A DNA stretch of 33,166 nucleotides from Alphaproteobacteria bacterium. Its GTDB lineage: Bacteria > Pseudomonadota > Alphaproteobacteria > UBA8317. The translations under genes and the position numbers were made by a program. Location of the stretch: the NCBI GenBank assembly GCA_038131935.1, contig JAYPQH010000028.1, positions 1-33,166 on the forward strand, read 5' to 3'. Within the stretch, counting starts at the first letter, position 1; the number at the start of each line of letters is the position of its first letter. The notes beneath the pieces were generated by a model. The model was not told the origin of the DNA and searched no databases. It saw only the letters and a list, made by a program, of their open reading frames with translations. Below, piece after piece: positions 9,253-18,532 of the stretch.

Positions 9253-12132
9253 TCAATGTATGGCACCCCAATGAGGCCCTATACCACAGACGACTTCTAA
9301 AGGTACCGACAAATTGACCAAAGGTTCATGCGCATGTTCCATAACATGCTGCACCAAGCGGCGCGCTTCTTGCTCATGGCCAATAGCGACCTCAAAGATC
9401 AATTCATCATGTACCTGTAAGAGCATACGAAGAAAGGGAGCGTCGGTTTCACTATGCTGGTGTAGCTGGATCATGGCACGCTTCATGATGTCAGCAGCAG
9501 CGCCTTGGATAGGCGCATTGATGGCTGCACGCTCCCCAAATGCTCTTGTTGCCGGCTGCTTATCCATCACCGCAGGCGTATGGACACGTCGGCCAAAAAT
9601 CGTTTCGACATAGCCATGCTGTCTGGCAAATTCTTTGGTATCTTCCATATAGCCCTTGATACCAGGAAACTTTGCAAAATAAGCGTCAATATATTGTTTT
9701 GCCATGTCATTCTTGATACCCAACTGCCGAGCAAGGCCAAAGGGTGAGATTCCATAAATGATCCCAAAATTTATGGCTTTTGCCTGACGCCTTAGCATGG
9801 GATCCATACCATCTAAAGGCACCCCAAAGACTTCTGAGGCTGTCATAGCGTGAATATCTTGATTTTGATAAAAAGCATCTTTCAAGGCAGGAATATCTGC
9901 AATATGCGCCAGCAACCTTAGCTCTATCTGAGAATAGTCAGCTGACATCAATTGAAAACCTTCAGCAGGTACGAAAGCCGTTCTTATATCTCGCCCCATA
10001 GCTGTTCTGATAGGTATATTTTGCAAATTAGGATCAGATGACGAGAGTCTTCCTGTTGATGTCGCTGATAGCGAAAAGCTTGTGTGAATACGGGATGTAA
10101 TAGGCTTGATAAAGTGCTGCAGCGCCTCTGTGTAGGTCGATCTTAGTTTTGCGACTTGTCTCCAGCTTAATACTTTTTCTGCAATCACATGACCCGCTAT
10201 TGCAAGATCTTCCAACACATCTGAACCGGTTTGATATCCACCTGTTTTTGTTTTTGCAGGTGAGGGCAAACCCAAATCTTCAAACAAAACAGAACCCAAT
10301 TGTTTTGGCGAACCGATATTAAATTCTTTTTCAGCCAACCCATAAATTTCAGCGGACAGTTCGCTTTGCTGCTGCTCTAAAATGTTTGATAGCTCTTTGA
10401 GACGCTCACGACTGACACATATTCCGTGCATTTCCATGCGGGCAATAACCTCAGCCAATGGTCGCTCAACTGTTTCATAAACTTTTTTCTTGCGGGCCGT
10501 CATGATATCCCGTCGAAATTTTAGCCACAAACGCAACGTAATATCAGCATCCTCTGCGGCATAAGGTACGGCCGCATCTAAGCCAACATCAGCAAAACTG
10601 ACCTGTTTGCTCCCCTTTCCTGCAACATCTTCAAAACTGATGGGACGATGATCAAAATAGCGCACCGACAAACTATCCATGCCATGGGGGTGGCGACCCG
10701 CGGCAAGAACATACGACATCAGCATGGTATCATCATAACAGGTTATGGGCATGCCATGCCTCTTCAAAACCTGCAGATCATATTTGATGTTTTGGCCAAT
10801 TTTTATGACATTTTTGTCTGCAAATAGAGGGCTTAAAACATTGCGGACGGTTTCAATGGGAAGTTGCGTAACATCTTGATGTTTCCATTTTGCGTGCCGA
10901 TGCGCGAGAGGGATATACATGGCCTGCCCTGGTATAACCGCAAGCGAAATGCCCACCAAACCCGCCGCTACGGAATCCAAAGCATCTGTTTCTGTATCTA
11001 CGGCAACATATCCTTGAGCTCTCGCTCTCAAAACCAAATTTTCAATCTCAGCCAGTGAAAAACACGCTGTGTATACGCCTGCATCCACTGGCCTTGACAG
11101 CTGTGGGTCTTCTACAACCATAGCCTGTTGAAACATATCACCTTGGGCATTTTGTGCCGCAGGCGCTTGGGTGTTTTGTGACGCAGGCGCTTGGATGTTA
11201 TGTGCCGCAGGCACTTGCGCCTGCACCACTTCTGCCACGTCATGCTGCTCTGCAATTCTCTTGGTAAGCGTTCTGAATTCCATCTTCTTACAAAACAAAA
11301 GAGCTTTATCAGGGTCAAAGGAATGAAGTCTGAGCTGATCTGCATTAAGATCCAAGGGAACATCATCACGCAGGGTAACCAAATGTTTTGAGACCCTTGC
11401 ATTTTCAGCATGCTCGATCAAAGACTGTCTGCGCTTTGGTTGCTTGATACTTCCTGCATGTTCGAGGAGCACTTCGAGACTGCCAAACTCGTGGATCAAA
11501 CTGGCCGCTGTTTTGATCCCAATTCCTGGAATGCCCGGCACATTGTCCACGCTATCGCCAGCAAGGGCCTGCACATCGATAACTTTTGAAGGCTCTACGC
11601 CAAATTTTTCAAAAACCTCATCCCTACCGATGGGACGATTTTTCATGGGATCTAGCAGGGTAATCTGTTCATCAACAAGCTGCATTAGGTCTTTATCAGA
11701 TGAGAGTATGACAACCTTCGCCCCACCCTGTGCTGCCTCTCTGGCGAGGGTTGCGATGATGTCATCAGCCTCATATCCTTCTTTTTCAATGACAGGCAAT
11801 CCAAATGCCGCTGTTGCTTCCCGCACAAGGGGGAATTGAATCGCAAGATCCTCTGGAGGAGACGGGCGGTTGGCTTTGTAATCCGGATAAATCTCATTTC
11901 TGAAAGAATATGATCCTTTATCAAATACAGCCACCACATGGGATGGTCGTTGATCACCAGCCAAATCACCAAGCATTTTGTAGAGCATGTTGGACATACC
12001 TGCGACGGCACCAACTGGCGTTCCATCACTCGCTCGGGTCAATGGGGGCAAGGCATGATACGCGCGGAATAAATAACCACTTGCATCAAGAAGATGCACC
12101 AAGTCACCAGTTTTGAAACCTCTATCTGCCAA
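9253..12132 (-). CDS. polA: DNA polymerase I
   Basis: 5'-3' exonuclease (FRAYHA, YKANR, EADD, DKD, GDSVDNVPG), 3'-5' exonuclease (DTET, YAAEDA) and polymerase motifs (DYSQIELR, AKAINFGIIYG, QVHDEL). Start set at TTG 12132 because the ORF-track start overlaps the upstream zf-CHCC gene. Confidence 0.97.
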   Translation of the reverse strand: MADRGFKTGDLVHLLDASGYLFRAYHALPPLTRASDGTPVGAVAGMSNMLYKMLGDLAGDQRPSHVVAVFDKGSYSFRNEIYPDYKANRPSPPEDLAIQFPLVREATAAFGLPVIEKEGYEADDIIATLAREAAQGGAKVVILSSDKDLMQLVDEQITLLDPMKNRPIGRDEVFEKFGVEPSKVIDVQALAGDSVDNVPGIPGIGIKTAASLIHEFGSLEVLLEHAGSIKQPKRRQSLIEHAENARVSKHLVTLRDDVPLDLNADQLRLHSFDPDKALLFCKKMEFRTLTKRIAEQHDVAEVVQAQVPAAHNIQAPASQNTQAPAAQNAQGDMFQQAMVVEDPQLSRPVDAGVYTACFSLAEIENLVLRARAQGYVAVDTETDALDSVAAGLVGISLAVIPGQAMYIPLAHRHAKWKHQDVTQLPIETVRNVLSPLFADKNVIKIGQNIKYDLQVLKRHGMPITCYDDTMLMSYVLAAGRHPHGMDSLSVRYFDHRPISFEDVAGKGSKQVSFADVGLDAAVPYAAEDADITLRLWLKFRRDIMTARKKKVYETVERPLAEVIARMEMHGICVSRERLKELSNILEQQQSELSAEIYGLAEKEFNIGSPKQLGSVLFEDLGLPSPAKTKTGGYQTGSDVLEDLAIAGHVIAEKVLSWRQVAKLRSTYTEALQHFIKPITSRIHTSFSLSATSTGRLSSSDPNLQNIPIRTAMGRDIRTAFVPAEGFQLMSADYSQIELRLLAHIADIPALKDAFYQNQDIHAMTASEVFGVPLDGMDPMLRRQAKAINFGIIYGISPFGLARQLGIKNDMAKQYIDAYFAKFPGIKGYMEDTKEFARQHGYVETIFGRRVHTPAVMDKQPATRAFGERAAINAPIQGAAADIMKRAMIQLHQHSETDAPFLRMLLQVHDELIFEVAIGHEQEARRLVQHVMEHAHEPLVNLSVPLEVVCGIGPHWGAIH
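11143..11214. repeat. Three imperfect tandem 24-bp repeats inside the polA linker
   Basis: ttgggcattttgtgccgcaggcgc / ttgggtgttttgtgacgcaggcgc / ttggatgttatgtgccgcaggcac, encoding VPAAHNIQ-APASQNTQ-APAAQNAQ. Confidence 0.9.
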
Positions 12133-12137
12133 CGAAC

Positions 12138-12308
12138 TTAGTTCCCTTCTTCGGCCTGACGCCGAAATTTTTGTCCGCAATACGGACATGTAATCGTTTG
12201 CGCCTCACCCATCTCTAAAAAGATTTTTGGATGACCCAAAGCACCCCCTCCACCATTGCACGACACTCTTGAGGTGGATACAATTTCTTCAGCACGTAAA
12301 TCTGTCAT
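12138..12308 (-). CDS. Zinc-finger CHCC domain protein (NDUFS6/NUMM-like), 56 aa, absent from ORF track
   Basis: Hand translation MTDLRAEEIVSTSRVSCNGGGGALGHPKIFLEMGEAQTITCPYCGQKFRRQAEEGN; C-x8-HP...CPYC pattern; AAGGAG RBS. Confidence 0.92.
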   Translation of the reverse strand: MTDLRAEEIVSTSRVSCNGGGGALGHPKIFLEMGEAQTITCPYCGQKFRRQAEEGN

Positions 12309-12413
12309 CAGCCGCTCCTTCTGAAAAGTTTGACTTGTCTCATTTACAAGGATTTGTCATCACAACACCAGTGATAAACAACATGACTTCATAACAACAA
12401 GGAGCCTAATATA

Positions 12414-13349
12414 GTGGAACCCGCTATTCGCCTTCGCCAACTCAAGAAAACCTATGCGGGCAGCCATGGACAACCCCCTAAGGATGCACTCAAAGGTATC
12501 GACCTTGATATTCCTATTGGATCAATGTTTGCATTGCTCGGACCAAATGGAGCAGGAAAGTCAACATTAATCAATATTTTGGCAGGCCTCGTCACCAAGA
12601 GTTCCGGTTTGGTTCATGTTTGGGGACTCGATATGGATGTCAACCCAAGAAATGCACGTGCACATCTTGGTATTGTTCCTCAAGAACTTAACCTTGACCC
12701 TTTCTTCACCCCTCGCGAAGCGGTGGAGCTGCAGGCGGGGTTTTACGGCATTGCGCCACGTAAGAGACGTACCATGGAAATTCTCAGCGCTGTGGGGCTC
12801 GATGACAAAGCGGATGCATACGCCCGTTCCCTGTCTGGCGGTATGAGAAGACGATTATTGGTTGCCAAAGCCTTGGTACATAATCCGCCTATATTGATAC
12901 TCGATGAACCAACTGCAGGTGTAGACATAAGTTTACGTCAATCACTATGGGCTTATGTACGCGAGCTGAATGCCCAAGGAACAACAGTTATCTTGACGAC
13001 ACATTATCTAGAGGAAGCGCAAGAATTATGTGACCGTGTTGCCATTATTAACCATGGCCAAATTGTTGCTGATGAGGACAAGCATCAATTGTTGGGACGC
13101 TTTACCAAAAGAAAAATGATCATAACCATAGAATCATCTGTGACGCCTGATTGGTTACCAAAACATGAAAAGGCCGATTTTCGTATAAATAGCTATGGTC
13201 AACTGGTTGTTCATTATGACAGCCAACATGTACATGCCACAGATATCATACAAATGGTTGGAGAAAAAAACATTGTTATAAAAGACTTAGAGGTGACAGG
13301 GGCAGATCTTGAAGAGGTTTTCCTTGCCCTGACCACTGATCAAAACTGA
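12414..13349 (+). CDS. ABC-2-type transporter ATP-binding protein (YadG-like)
   Basis: GPNGAGKS, VPQE, LSGGMRRR, ILDEPTAGVD, TTHYLEEA, C-terminal DLEEVF; AAGGAG RBS. Confidence 0.9.
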   Translation: MEPAIRLRQLKKTYAGSHGQPPKDALKGIDLDIPIGSMFALLGPNGAGKSTLINILAGLVTKSSGLVHVWGLDMDVNPRNARAHLGIVPQELNLDPFFTPREAVELQAGFYGIAPRKRRTMEILSAVGLDDKADAYARSLSGGMRRRLLVAKALVHNPPILILDEPTAGVDISLRQSLWAYVRELNAQGTTVILTTHYLEEAQELCDRVAIINHGQIVADEDKHQLLGRFTKRKMIITIESSVTPDWLPKHEKADFRINSYGQLVVHYDSQHVHATDIIQMVGEKNIVIKDLEVTGADLEEVFLALTTDQN

Positions 13350-13378
13350 TTAACAAATTTGATGAAGGTGCTGCGTGC

Positions 13379-14168
13379 ATGAAAAAAACAATTGTACCGC
13401 TCATTGTTGTTTTGTTTTTTTGCTTTTTGTCTCATGGAACGGTTTTTGCGCGCTTAAATAAGCTCGAAGAGAATAGCTCTATTGTCTATAAGCCCCCTCC
13501 AGGAGGTTTTCGATCCTTTGGAACCTCTAAATCGGATTATTTTTCACGCAAACATCCGCATATGGTCATGGTTTCAAGAGATCCGAGAATTTGATAGCTT
13601 TGTTCCAAAAAATAAAGTCGAGGAATTTTATACCTCACAAATTTTGGTGAATCTATCACATCACGTTGCAGAGCCATTCACAGCCATTCATGCCGTCATG
13701 ATTGGTCAGGGTTATGCCGCAGCCAATGCCGCAGCACGGTTTTCCCTCAATACAAGTCTTGGCTTGGCTGGTGCCCTTGATGTTGCGGATAATTTGGGTT
13801 TTCCAAGACGTCATATAAGTTTGGCTGATGTCATGTGCTATTGGTCGATACCTCAGGGCCCTTATATTGAAGTTCCTCTTATGGGGGGCATGCCCTTAAG
13901 AAACCTTGGCGCCAATATTTTGAGCATCTCTGCCGTTATGCAGACTATTACGCCGGATGTTCCGTTATCCCTTCCTCTAAGATTGTTGATGGTGCGTGGA
14001 GTGCAAGCAAATATATCAAATACAGAGCTTCCAATTTTAAAAAATGATTACGAAACAACGCGTCATTTAAAGATAGAAATTGTCCGCAATTCATGTCAAA
14101 ACGTCACTCAGAATGTTGGAGACCATCCCAAAAGAAATCCGACCATGAGTTGGCAGGTCAATGGATAA
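13379..14168 (+). CDS. Divergent MlaA/VacJ-like exported protein, ~262 aa, one indel near 13493-13497
   Basis: Signal peptide MKKTIVPLIVVLFF..VFA in ORF 13379; MlaA-like DPLEPLNR, RFSLNTSLGLAGALDVA and GPYIEVPLMG in ORF 13482; removing one C from the C5 run joins them. Confidence 0.75.
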
Positions 14169-14222
14169 AAAATGGCAACGACCTGCGGGGGTTGGCGCCA
14201 TTTCATCTGGAGTGAGGACAAT

Positions 14223-15341
14223 ATGGATCGTCGAGAACATGCCTCTCACTTTGTATCAGCTATCGTCATCTTGTTTTCATTAGGCGCATCCTTTTATGCC
14301 ATTGTCGGCAACCCTTGGGTTGAACCCAGAGCACTTTGGGTCACACAAAATATTTTTAAGGACAACAAACAAAATTTTCGAGGCTTTCCTGTGTATAGCT
14401 TGGATGGCCAAGGGAGCGCCCAAATTGTTGGGCGAATTCATTTGCGAGATCAAGCCGCAAAAGTGGAACTTTTTCCTGATCTCGAGAACCAAGCCAATGG
14501 TACAGAAAAATTATATTTGAATACTGGATCGGTAAATATTTTGTGGCAGTTGGTTCCACCTGATACGAAACAGCAAATCAATCAGGACCTTGTGAAATTG
14601 GGTCAAGATCTTACTCAGCTCATGAAGATCACCATGCAAACGGAAAAATTTCACCAAGAATATTCCAGCAGGCTTGAAAAACTTTTGCTGAGACAGGGTG
14701 AGGCGTTGCAACAAAGTGATGAATTTTCTGCAAAAGCAAAACGCATTCTAAGAATTATCATAAACGAGCATGCTGAGCGTGTGGGTAGTGAATTGGGTTT
14801 AGCCATGACACCACATTTGCGCGCGGCTCTCGTTGACCTTTTAACCCCCACGTTCGAGGGCATACAAAGATTTATCACATCAGGCGATATCAATATGCGC
14901 CCACTCCAAACATTTGGCGACAAAGTCATCAATGACCCCGAAATTGGCGCGATATTGCAAAAACATGTAACAACAATCACTCATGACCCAAGACTATGGA
15001 CGTTGAGTTTTGATTTGGTGAGCATGTTTTCAAAGTCTCTACTTGACGACCCAGATATGCAAAAATTGTTTGAAGATGTTCTGGCTGATAAAGAATTCAA
15101 AGCAATATTCGCACAAGCAGAACAAAAAATTGCGCAAACCTTGGACCATATCGTTAGCCAGATAATTGGTCGTGGACCAAATCTTTATCCAGACCCTCTT
15201 GCCATCAGGATTATACGAAATCTCTTCTTACAAAGGACACAGGTGGTGGCAATTATCATCATGGAAGATCATACCCTCAACAGACATTTGCTCACGATCC
15301 TTCCCACGTTAGACATGCGGCTTGAGGACCAAGACAAATGA
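14223..15341 (+). CDS. Membrane-anchored protein with short beta-rich domain (possibly degenerate MCE) and long helical region
   Basis: ATG 14223 behind GAGGA; TM FVSAIVILFSLGASFYAIV; RGFPVY..QIVGRI segment; then ~270 aa of amphipathic helix-like sequence; ATGA overlap with next gene. Confidence 0.7.
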   Translation: MDRREHASHFVSAIVILFSLGASFYAIVGNPWVEPRALWVTQNIFKDNKQNFRGFPVYSLDGQGSAQIVGRIHLRDQAAKVELFPDLENQANGTEKLYLNTGSVNILWQLVPPDTKQQINQDLVKLGQDLTQLMKITMQTEKFHQEYSSRLEKLLLRQGEALQQSDEFSAKAKRILRIIINEHAERVGSELGLAMTPHLRAALVDLLTPTFEGIQRFITSGDINMRPLQTFGDKVINDPEIGAILQKHVTTITHDPRLWTLSFDLVSMFSKSLLDDPDMQKLFEDVLADKEFKAIFAQAEQKIAQTLDHIVSQIIGRGPNLYPDPLAIRIIRNLFLQRTQVVAIIIMEDHTLNRHLLTILPTLDMRLEDQDK

Positions 15342-16890
15342 GCTCAATTCACATCAAGAACGTGACGCTTAAGCAAAAAAACGGTTCTCGCACGCTCCTT
15401 CAAAACGTCAACATCACACTACATCCTGGTGAGGTTGTGCTTTTGACAGGACCGAGCGGAAGCGGGAAATCTACAATTGTCAATATTTTAGCTGGAACCA
15501 TGGATCCCAAAGAACGCGGCTGGGAGATCACAGGATTTGTAGAATTAGACAAACAGCAGTGGTCCCTCGGTGCACAACATGCGGGTATGGGGGGCATGGT
15601 ATTCCAATCATTCGCGTTGTTTGATGATTTAAATATCGATCAGAACTTATCAATTGCCTCAGACCACAACACACCGCCTGCCCAAAATTTACGCGATGCA
15701 ATTCAAGCATTGCTGGATGATATTGATGGAACTTTATCTATCCGTTCAGCGAGCGGAGGACAGCGCCAGCGGGTTGCTGTGGCCCGAACCTTACTTGCCA
15801 ATCATCCCATTCTGTTCCTTGACGAGCCTAATTCTGGCCTTGACAGCGAAGCCACCAAAAAATTGTCTTACCTATTGAAGACATTGGCGAAAGATCTTCA
15901 TATTCCTATCGTCGTGGTGGCCCATCACCTTCGGCATTTGATTGACCATACATCAAGGTTACTGGTACTTGATCCTCAATCTGCATCTATAGACGAAATC
16001 CCGCCAAAAATAGACGCCCTTGAACAATACCTCAAAGACCTCCAGGACAACCCACAAAAACGTGAAGCAAGGAAGACGCAGACAACCAGAATCCATCAGG
16101 TAACAACACAGACCCAGGTCAACCATCGCGCAAAAAAGCCAAGCGTCCAGCTCGATTGGTTTTGTATTTTCTTCAGACAAGGCTATGGGAACTTGGATTT
16201 TCCCCCAATGCTCTATTGTTCGTAGCCCTAGGTTCGATCTTGGTTGGTTTTGTTACCAGCTGGTTTGTACTGATGTATATTCCCTTCAGAGATTACATAC
16301 TTCCCGTCATTTATGCTGACGCCTTGGCAGGGCTTGCTTTCACAGAACTACGTGTCATGACCCCTCTTACAACCGCGATGCTTATTTCTGTTCGAAATGC
16401 AGCTTTAATTTCGGCGGATACAGGTCATAAGGTTTACACAGACCAGTTTGGAGCCATGCGCAACCTCAACATACCTCATCGCATTTATCATGATGTGAAT
16501 ATTCTTTTATCTTCCACAATTATATCTTTGGCGCTGACCTTAATAGCTCTGATGATCACAACATATGTTGCCATGATGACATGGTGGATGGTCTTTCCCG
16601 AAGATTCATTATACATTTGGCGAGACTTGTTTTTTCAAAGGCTCTGGCCAGCAGGACAATTAATTCCCACGGGATGGGAATGGATACTCGCCAAATCCAT
16701 ACCTTCCATCGTAGGGGCCGCCTATATTGCTTTATTCTTTGGCCAACTACCCAAAAATGATGTGCGCGACATCAACCGAGCAACGGCGCGATCATTAATT
16801 TGGGGCCTCACTTTTGTTCTGGTATGGCATTCAGCACTGACACTGGTTGAATTCTCTTACGTCAAGGAAAAATTAGAAGCATCTTTCTAG
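15338..16890 (+). CDS. ABC ATPase-MlaE-family permease, probably one fused ~517-aa protein split by an indel at 16160-16163
   Basis: GPSGSGKS, VFQSFALF, SGGQRQR, LFLDEP, VAHH; then the MlaE-like ELRVMTPLTTAMLISVRNAALISADTG..DQFGAM. One extra T gives continuous DWFLYFLQTRLW; no RBS or good start for a separate permease. Confidence 0.75.
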
Positions 16891-16974
16891 ACAAATAGGC
16901 ATTTTTTTCTGTCACAAAAAGGCCAGATCCTTTATGAAACATGGAAGTTTGAAGCCACAAATTATGGATCAGAG

Positions 16975-17388
16975 ATGTTCTCTATAAATAACGTAATTGT
17001 GAGATTTCTTTTTACATCACTGCTGGTGTTTGGAACCTATAATCCCTTTGGCTTTTCCTATTTTCATTGGCTACTGAAGCCAGACCCTATGACATTGCTT
17101 CCGAAAATCCTCGTTGGGTTGTTGCTTTTCTTGGCGTTTCGAATGATTTTCGTTTCATCATTGTTGGCTTTGGGGATATTCGGTTCGTTTGTTGTTGGGC
17201 TTACGATTACAGCTTTGTTAGCGACCTTGATACAGTTCGGTCTCATTCCACTGTCATTTCAAGCAACACAAGTGATACTTCCTTTAGGAGTCGCACTCTT
17301 TTTTGGTATTGGTGTCTCCTATTCTGGGATTGCCAATCGCCTCTCAAGACAGACTCAATCACATTCGATTGGAGGATCCTTATTTTGA
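16975..17388 (+). CDS. Small 4-TM membrane protein (DUF6524-like)
   Basis: 137 aa hydrophobic; RFLFTSLLVFGTYNPFGFSYFHW resembles the TYNPxGxSYxxW motif I associate with DUF6524 (unverified). Confidence 0.7.
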   Translation: MFSINNVIVRFLFTSLLVFGTYNPFGFSYFHWLLKPDPMTLLPKILVGLLLFLAFRMIFVSSLLALGIFGSFVVGLTITALLATLIQFGLIPLSFQATQVILPLGVALFFGIGVSYSGIANRLSRQTQSHSIGGSLF

Positions 17389-17852
17389 TGGGTTCGCTTG
17401 CTCGAAGATATTTAAGCCGCGCTTCGCACCGTGAGACGGTTATCCATAATTCATATGCACCCGATGACATCATCATGAATGTGCGTATGTTTGGAGGCCA
17501 ATTACGCATTTATAAAGAACGCATACAGATAGAACGCTTCGGCGTTATCAATCATTTGCTGGAACCATTCGGGGCAACAACTGGCTACTCAGAGTCCACT
17601 CTTCTGATCAATAAAATATCATTGATAAATATTGCATCTCCGTTGATTTTGAATGATTTTCTATACTTTTCCTACCCGGGATCCCCACCTAGAACTGGAA
17701 ATGTTCTGCGCGATGCCACCGCAGAAAATGCTATCATGATGAATTTCTTTGACAACAGAGATGTATATGATGCCATCGATTTAATTCTCACGCTTGGGGA
17801 AGGAAGAATTGGCAGTACTATTCCTCTTCGAAGACGTAAGACATCATCATGA
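17388..17852 (+). CDS. Soluble protein with a bacterial PH-like (DUF4429-like) domain, 154 aa
   Basis: TGATG coupling at 17386-17390 with GGAGGA RBS; pattern GGQLRIYKERIQIERFG...I..I...P....FLYFSYPG...A.AENAIMM resembles DUF4429-type PH domains. Confidence 0.6.
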   Translation: MGSLARRYLSRASHRETVIHNSYAPDDIIMNVRMFGGQLRIYKERIQIERFGVINHLLEPFGATTGYSESTLLINKISLINIASPLILNDFLYFSYPGSPPRTGNVLRDATAENAIMMNFFDNRDVYDAIDLILTLGEGRIGSTIPLRRRKTSS

Positions 17853-18487
17853 TATTTTCAGATATGACAATTCTTCAATCTGATGGAACTCTTGCGGTAT
17901 CTGCCCTTCTGATTTGGCTATTTGATCGGCTTTTGACCAGTGCCGTCTTGTTTCTCTTGCCTGTATTAATCGTCAAAGCTGTACTTACACTCATTCAATC
18001 GGCCTTTGCATTTCCTTACCCTGAGGTACCTTTGTTTAACAAACTTGCCATTACCATAGGGTTTGGATTTGCCCTGCTCATTCTTCTTAACGCGGAGAGA
18101 TTAGGCATGATGGATGTGGAGGTAATTTTTTCACAAGGAGCTTACTGGGATCTCAGTTTAACCGAATTTTTCGCTGGTCCGGTGAACCCTTTCAACATCC
18201 CATCAACAATTTTTCTCATACAGAGCCATCCGTTTGGTGCCGCAGCGCAAGCAATAATTGTGATATGTTTATTAACATCAGCCATTGCTATCTGGAAAAT
18301 AGCACCACCTGGCAAACTCTTTGGTGTTTTTGCAGGTTTTTTTGCTGTAGGCATCACAAGTTGTTATCTTGTTATTTATACCACCGCACTACTCGCCTGG
18401 AGTACATCCAAACTCAATTTTTTAATTTTTTTGTTTGCGATCATATTTCTGAGGCCACTCATTCGCCTAAGATCCCGCCAGAGATAA
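17849..18487 (+). CDS. Polytopic membrane protein of unknown function
   Basis: 212 aa, 5-6 hydrophobic segments, basic C-tail; ATGA overlap with the preceding gene. Confidence 0.75.
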   Translation: MIFSDMTILQSDGTLAVSALLIWLFDRLLTSAVLFLLPVLIVKAVLTLIQSAFAFPYPEVPLFNKLAITIGFGFALLILLNAERLGMMDVEVIFSQGAYWDLSLTEFFAGPVNPFNIPSTIFLIQSHPFGAAAQAIIVICLLTSAIAIWKIAPPGKLFGVFAGFFAVGITSCYLVIYTTALLAWSTSKLNFLIFLFAIIFLRPLIRLRSRQR

Positions 18488-18532
18488 ATTTTAAACCAAC
18501 AAAAACCGCAGCGTTTTGTGATGATATGTCTA

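Noticed and set aside
911-12116. Numerous + strand ORFs of 60-180 aa opposite the core genes
   Set aside because: Antisense shadows of well-supported genes.
12133-12189. 19-aa N-terminal extension of PolA from the ORF track
   Set aside because: Overlaps the zf-CHCC gene in another frame.
12414-13349. YadG-like ATPase as the motor of the Mla-like system
   Set aside because: It is an ordinary, well-conserved ABC-2-type ATPase and the system already has its own ATPase; only the 29-nt gap links them.
17067-17387. First 107 codons of the 261-aa ORF
   Set aside because: Overlaps the 4-TM gene; a better start with GGAGGA lies at 17388.
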